In this document: piece by piece, positions 57,315 through 64,000 of the stretch
How positions within the stretch are numbered: position 1 is the first letter of the stretch
Layout of the letters: every line of letters starts with the position of its first letter
Source of the DNA: Octopus sinensis
Lineage: Eukaryota
Assembly: GCF_006345805.1 (NCBI RefSeq)
Contig: NC_043005.1
Span: 11,966,001 to 12,030,000 of the forward strand
Reading direction: 5' to 3'
DNA length: 64,000 nt
Notes under the pieces: model-generated
What the model was told of the DNA's origin: nothing
What the model saw: only the letters and a program-made list of their open reading frames with translations
Databases searched by the model: none
Made by a program: the position numbers and the translations under genes

Positions 57315-57706
57315 TTTACTCCCTTTTACTTGTTTCGGTCATTTGACCGTGGCCATGCTGGAGTACCACATTTTAGTCGAGCAAATCGACCCCAGGACTT
57401 ATTCTTTGTAAGCCAAGTACTTATTCTATCGGTCTCTTTTGCAGAACCGCTAAGTTACGGGGACGTAAACACACCAGCATCGGTTGTCAAGCGATGTTGA
57501 CGGGACAAACACAGACACACAAACACATACACACACATATATATATATATACATATATACGACGGGCTTCTTTCAGTTTTCGTCTACCAAATCCACTCAC
57601 AAGGCTTTGGTCGGCCCGAGGCTATAGCAGAAGACAGTTGCCCAAGGTGCCATGCAGTGGGACTGAACCCGGAACCATGTGGTTGGTAAGCAAGTCACTC
57701 CTACGC
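57315..57706 (-). mobile_element. SINE family B
   Basis: Full-length reverse complement with a small deletion in the head. Confidence 0.9.
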
Positions 57707-58521
57707 CTCTGTATAATTTGGGTTGAAATTACGCAGAAATCACTTTGACATTCATCCTTTTGAGGCCAATAAAAACATATTAATTCAGAGTGGTTGGTTG
57801 GTAAAACTATGAGAATTGTTTTAACGAATGTCTTGTAATATTTGCTCCGCCTTTTTGCACCCTGCGCTTCCAACCCACAATAGTGAATGTACCCTTTGCC
57901 CATGGTATCAGGTGGAACGTTACCACCTGGTACTATGGGTATCTTTTGTCGAAGTTTCACAAGGATTCTTACTGGGTGACAGGTTTGAAGATACATTTTA
58001 CACTCCTATCCACCTGTCTCGGAAACCCTGTTAAAGTTCATAAGCACTACCTTATCTCCTCTCTAATTAAATATAAAGAATTGAGTTGAAAAATAAAAGA
58101 AAGTTAGGTGAAATAAATGAGATTTATAAATACTAATTGGTTATTCTTGGAATACTCAATTACAACATTGAAATAAAATTACGATATTAATAGATATAAA
58201 AAGAAAATGGAAAATTAACAGAAATAAAAGCGTGAAATTTAACATAAAAAATTTTTTTCAAGTTGAAACTAAATTAAACAAACGTTTATTTATACAAAAT
58301 AAACGATTTGAAAGAAAATATACAACACTTTCTGAATGATAATTCTGACATGGGCGAAGAAACTCACCAACACAACTACAAACAGAAAAAAATATATAAA
58401 AAGAAAACAAAAAAAAAACTACGTCTGTTGCGACAGACAGTAAAATGGTAATAGCTAATAGAGAAAAATAAAGACTGGAAATGGTAGAATATATTGACCA
58501 AAGTGATGATCTTAGTGCACA

Positions 58522-58552
58522 AGTAATAATAATAATGATAATAATAATAATA

Positions 58553-58591
<39 letters not shown>

Positions 58592-58645
58592 TTAATAATA
58601 ATAATAATAATAATAATAATGATGATAATAATAATAATAATGATG

Positions 58646-58679
<34 letters not shown>

Positions 58680-59050
58680 TAATAATAATAATAATAATAA
58701 CAATAATAACAACAACAACAACAATAGTAATAATAAGTAGGAGAAGAAGAAGAAGAAGAAGATGGAGAAGGAGAAAAAGAAGGAGGAGGAGAAGAAGGAG
58801 GAGAAGAAGAAGAAGAAGAAGAAGAAGAAGAAGAAGAATAAGAAGGAGGAGGAGGAGGAGAAGAAGAAGATTAAGAAGAAGAAGGAGAAGAAGAAGAAGA
58901 AGAAGAAGAAGAAGAAGGAGGAGGAGGAGGAGGAGAAGAAGAATATTAAGAAGAAGAAGAAGGAGAAGAAGAAGAAGAAGAAGAAGAAGAAGAAGAAGAA
59001 GAAGAAGAAAAGAGAAGAAGAAGAAGAAGAAGAAGAAGAAGAAGAAGAGT
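58522..59050. repeat. ~530-bp compound trinucleotide tract (AAT)n-(AAC)n-(AAG/GAG)n
   Basis: Directly visible; source of the spurious poly-I, poly-R and poly-K ORFs. Confidence 0.95.
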
Positions 59051-60469
59051 GCCGAGAGCTGACAGAGTGCCAAATGTCTGTCTGAAAATAAAATACAAGT
59101 ACATACAATGGCTTTCAATAAAACGCTGGACCGATGTTGAATACTCATGATGGTTATTGGAAGTCTGGACAGCTGTTGTAGCTTAAATAATAGACAACAT
59201 CACTCTCAAGAAACACAAGTGCGCGCACACACATACACACATGTATATGGAGTTATACATACATACACACACCACACACACATGCATACATACAAACATA
59301 CATGACGCATCTACATATATATATATGTGTGTGTGTGTATATATATATATATATAAATGTATAGATGACAACGGGCTAACATTAGCGCAAAAAAATCACT
59401 GAATACCACCCTTTCTGTCAGATAAAATGGTAGTACGTTTTGAAAATTGAAAAAGCCTTCCAGAAAGACGCTCGGGTACCATACAAGGATGGAAAACAAT
59501 ATGAGATGAGAGAGTAGAGGAGTGAAGATTATAAGCATGGTCTTCATCAACAAAAGAAAATCCATTGAGACTTGTCCTCCATAACAGAATCATACAAAAT
59601 AAAAAGCAATTTGATAAATAGAATCACATGTTCTTTTGAAACTCAATAGTCTAGATATGGAACTAAAAGAACTAAAGCATAGCAAAATTGTGCTTCTCTG
59701 GAAGGGCCAAAGAAGCCTCAAAGAATCACAAAAGTATGTGAGAAAATGACGTCAATTTTCTTGAGCTTTCTGAAGGCCATATGTGATTTCTATATTCCAT
59801 CAAAGGAAGAAGTGGATGCAGTCCGGTCGGACATTTCAATGGAAATCTTCTCTATCGGGAAAAGAGAGGGTGCATGATGTAACTGTCTTTCATAATACAG
59901 AGAACATGGATAAGGTCCAAACTCAATTTGAAGACATAGCCATGAACTAGTTGCACAGTGTACGGGCAAGCGGAAAACAAAAGTCATTGTTGAGGATATC
60001 GTTGATGACATATCACCCAATGTTACGGCAGTTCGGGCGTAACTTTGATCAATGTGACATCAAATGTGTCCCTCACAGATATACGTCTCCTCATGACCTG
60101 ACAAGACCAAGAAAGAACGTTACTGTTCTATACTTTAGAGATTGCTTAATGGAAGGTCTTTAAAATCAGTACCCAGGTCAGATGACCCAGCTGCTATATG
60201 TGAGACAACAAAATCTACTTAATCTTTTTCTGCCCAGAATATTTAGGACAACAGTAGCAATAACAGCAGCAACAATAGTTAAAAAGAAAAAAAAAGAAAG
60301 TTTCTTGCTTCCCGGCAGTGACCGTCACAACTCAAAAACAATTTAACCGTATCCATCGCCATGAACTAAGCCCACGAACTACAATATAATCGACTGACCT
60401 CCTCCCAACAAAAATATTTCAGGACTTGTGACTTTAGTTGAACTAGGGGTTTAAAATTTTAACCCCAAG

Positions 60470-60981
60470 ACCAACAATTTCGAGTGTACATTATTTTTAT
60501 CAATCTCAATTGGATGAGCGGCAAAGTCGGTAGAATTTGATCTTAGAACGCAAAGACGGACGAAATAACTATTGCTTTACTACCCACAACGGGCTAAACA
60601 CAGAGGGGACAAACAAGGACAGACAAACGGGCTAAGTCAATTATATAGACCCCAGTGCGTCATTGGTACTTATTTAATCGATCCCGAAAGGATAAAAGGC
60701 AAAGTCGACCTCGGCGGAATTTGAACGCAGAACGTAGCGGCAGACGAAATACCTGTTTCTTTATTACCCACAAGGGGCTAAACATAAAGGGGACAAACAA
60801 GGACAGACAAAGGGATTAAGACGATTACTTCGACCCCAGTGCGTAACTTGTACTTAATTTATCGACCCCGAAAAGATGCAAAGTCAACCTCGGTGGAATT
60901 TGAACTCAGAACGTAACGGCAGACAAAATACGGCTACGCATTTCGCCCGGCGTGCTAACGTCTCTGTCAGCTGGCTGCCTT
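60470..60981 (-). mobile_element. SINE family A trimer
   Basis: Full unit ~60756-60981 followed by two 5'-truncated units. Confidence 0.88.
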
Positions 60982-61544
60982 ACTCTTAAGAGAAACAAAA
61001 ATTATAATTATTATTGTTGATGGTCGTAATGTTCTTGGTGATGACGACAATGTGGTTTTTATTTTACTTCTTGTATACGAAGGAGAGGAGGAAACATTGA
61101 AAAGGAAGGGGAAAAAAGGTGGGGGAGGAGGAAAGGAAGAAGGGAAGGAGGTAGGGGAGAAGAAGGAAGAAGGGAAAGAGAAGCAGGTGGAGAAGTGGTA
61201 TTAGAAACTTGAGAGTTGAAGAATTCAAAGGTAAATGAACATTTGTTTTCAGCAGGATACCGAATCAATTTCAACGAAAATAAAAGGTGGTGGAGTACGA
61301 TGTATCGAAAACGATTATATAAAAAGAATTGCAGTGTATGGGAATCTTGGAAAAGATCTATCTTTTACTAGATGCCCACTTTTAGTCTAAACTATATGTA
61401 GAAATAGGTACCATAAAAGCGCTTGCATATATTTGAAATTATAGCAGAGTTATGAATAATCAAGTAAAGCGATAACACAATAACAGAGCAAATAACGTAT
61501 CAGGTAATAACAAACTGACTATATTTCAATGATAAAAAAATCAT

Positions 61545-61830
61545 ATATACAGTGAGATGAAGACAAAAATTACCTAAATAGTATTGTCAGTGACCGTGAG
61601 GCAAAAAGTGTTGTAATCGATATATCAATTCCAAAAGACGAGAATATGTGTGTAAAAGAAATGGATAAATGGATAACGCAAATATAAATATTTGGAAATA
61701 GAAATCAGCAGATTGAGAGTTTTGCGAACTGAAACTTCTCCATAAAAATAATAGGTGCCTTGCGAATTATAATAAAATATACTGGCAAATACCAAGCTTA
61801 AACACTGAGACTTATATAAATATAAGCATT
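61545..61830 (+). mobile_element. R4/Dong-like RLE domain remnant
   Basis: IVSDREAKSVVIDISIPKDENMCVKEMDK..YLEIEISRL..IIGAL, matching the PD..D/ExK RLE region. Confidence 0.7.
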
Positions 61831-62956
61831 GCGGAAAATAGTTGAAATAAGCAATGTGAATATATAACGTAGAATATTTTTAATGGATGCCTAAAATATA
61901 AAAACTAGCATGCAAAAAGTTCAAAGAGATGTTCTCGGATGTGTTTTGAAAGCTCATAACACATAAAACTACAAATAACAATAATTATTATTATTATCTT
62001 ACATGGCCCATATCAATATATTTCGCCGCTTGAGGCAAACATTACTAAGGGTGGAATATTCTCGTTGAGTTCGTTTCATTAGGTAGAATTAGGAAAACAA
62101 TATTAGAAGTTGTCAGCTTCAGTTTTTGCCAAGAGCATTCACAAGGTAAGTGATGTAAAATTGTTTCGGCAGGTGATGCAAATCATGTGGTTGATTTAGT
62201 TTACGAAAACCTATACGTCACTTAGCAGATCCTACAACACCTTAACTTAGTATAATATGGTTATACACCTACGGTGTATAAGAACAGAATTTAACCATGG
62301 TAGTAAACACCTAGTGATATACAAACAAATATACATACATACATACATGCATATATACATACATACATACATACATATGTATGTACATAGAATTTCTGTA
62401 TATGCGTGTGTATGTATATTTGCATGTATATGTGCGCATATGTATAGGCAATGCTTTCCAGAAATATCTTTGACATGTTAGCAGTAAAGTAACAAGTCAC
62501 ATCCTATTTAGCTTCCTGTCTAATGGTACTGAAAAGGTCACAACCGACATTTGCTGTCTTTTTTTCATATCTCATAATATTTTCTCTCCTTCTCCCTCTG
62601 TATTGCCCTCTCATTCCCTCTCTCCATTAAAGAGAGAGAGAGAGAGAGAAAGAGAGAGCTAGGTAGTAATGGAGATAAACACAATTAGGCTTGACACATA
62701 TACACCATACATAAATAGACACATATTTCTACACATATTCAGAAAGAAAATCACATTTATACATATACATAAATATATATATATATAAACAAATACGAGG
62801 GTCGGCTGAAAAGTTCATAGGCTGAACAAGATTCTCACATGGAATATGATTAAATGAGGTTCCTTCTTCAATGTAGTTACCGCTTGTGGTTCTCATACTT
62901 CTTCCATCGGTCTCGCAGTGCTTGGACCCTATTGGTGAAGAAGCATTCATCCTGTT

Positions 62957-63369
62957 CTATATTTAAGAGATGAGGAATTATGTACATTATTTACATTATT
63001 TACATTCGACGGATATTTGTCCTCATCTTGTTTGTTGTTAACACAACATTTCGGCTGATATACCCTCCAGCCTTCTTCAGGTGTCTTGGGGAAATTTCAT
63101 ACCTGGGTTCTCATTCCTAATATATTTTTAGGTGTTATCATTATTATTATTGTTATTATTATTATTTTATTATTATTATTATTATTATTATTATATTATT
63201 ATTATATTATTATTATTGTTAGTGTTCAGGTCACTGCTTGGAATCGAACTCGGAATCTTGGGATTGGTAACCCGCGCTCTTAACCACTCCGCCATATGCC
63301 CGTGGGCATATGGTATAGTGGTCACAAGATGGGGACAAATATCCGTCGAATATAAATAATGTAAATAAT
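62957..63369. mobile_element. tRNA-headed, hammerhead-bearing element, copy 2, as a head-to-head palindrome with a deleted right arm
   Basis: HHR 63040-63085 (-), tRNA-like head ~63230-63301 (-), palindrome centre ~63302, inverted tail 63323-63370; flanking GCATTCATCCTGTT 62943-62956 / GCATTTATCCTGTT 63370-63383. Confidence 0.8.
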
Positions 63370-63673
63370 GCATTTATCCTGTTGGTTAAAAAAAAAGGTC
63401 ATCAACAGTAGATATGACACCATCATCAATGCAATACTGGTTCTTAGTCAAGTGTATTTTCCAAGTTGGGAAACAAATAATTGTTAGATGGGGCGAAATC
63501 AGGAGAATAGGGCGGGGTTGATCAACCAATTTAAAGCCACATACCCATTGAAACCGAAAGACTTGTGTGCTGGAACATTGTCCTGGTGAAACGATATCCC
63601 ATTCATCACTTTCCCAGGGTGTTTGGTCTTGATAGCCCTTTGTAACTGCCTGAACATGTTGGCATTGTATTAC

Positions 63674-63901
63674 CCATTTCTTTATTACCCACAAGGGGCT
63701 AAACACAGAGGGGACAAACAAGGACAGACATAGGTATTAAGTCGATTACATCGACCCCAGTGCGTAACTGGTACTTAATTTATCGACCCCGAAAGGATGA
63801 AAGGCAAAGTCGACCTCGGCGGAATTTGAACTCACAACGTAACGCAGACGAAATACCGCTAAGCATTTCGCCCGGCGTGCTAACGTTTCTGCCAGCTCGC
63901 C
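63674..63901 (-). mobile_element. Young SINE family A inserted in the mariner with a perfect 12-bp TSD
   Basis: GCATTGTATTAC at 63662-63673 and 63902-63913. Confidence 0.93.
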
Positions 63902-64000
63902 GCATTGTATTACTCGCTGATGGTGTGACCCATCGCATGAGAGTCAGTAGACAATGACTTTTGCATCCGAAAAAACTGAGGCCATCATCTTCTCTGCAGA

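Larger units (their letters stand above)
62793..64000 (-). mobile_element. Mariner (irritans-like) element, interrupted twice, continuing past the window end
   Basis: TIR TACGAGGGTCGGCTGAAAAGTTC at ~62793; RPYSPDFAPSNNYLFPNLENT (YSPDLAP motif) at ~63470-63530. Confidence 0.8.

Noticed and set aside
58258-59148. Longest ORFs in the track (296, 198 and 193 aa)
   Set aside because: They are translations of trinucleotide tracts (poly-L/I/F/R/K) and not genes. The same applies to the many YI, CV, HT and LSIY ORFs from (TA)n, (TG)n and (GATA)n.
59390-60170. Higher-complexity, coding-looking stretch
   Set aside because: All frames I read are interrupted and contain no motif I recognise; it may be an old transposase or exon remnant.

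Overview
AT-rich, microsatellite-saturated animal genomic DNA. The repeat repertoire looks like a coleoid cephalopod (Octopus); this is my recognition of the SINE families, not a search result. I cannot support any intact host gene, rRNA, true tRNA or CRISPR array, and almost all ORF-track entries are microsatellite translations. The window is a transposon graveyard: three or four tRNA-derived SINE families, and degenerate L1/Tx1, RTE, R4/Dong (RLE) and Penelope-like (PLE) retroelements. It also holds mariner, Chapaev-type (CMC) and Helentron/DINE-1-like DNA elements and a ~1.06 kb tandem duplication. The most striking signal is at the RNA level. Hand-folding gives about a dozen type-I hammerhead ribozyme (HHR) motifs, intact to degenerate, from several distinct small non-coding element families, mostly beside (TA)n tracts and often arranged as palindromes or between direct repeats. 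One family couples a tRNA-like Pol III promoter to a downstream hammerhead and occurs as a head-to-head palindrome with a 14-bp target duplication, i.e. a retrozyme/PLE-parasite-like system. All folds were made by eye and coordinates of degenerate elements are approximate.
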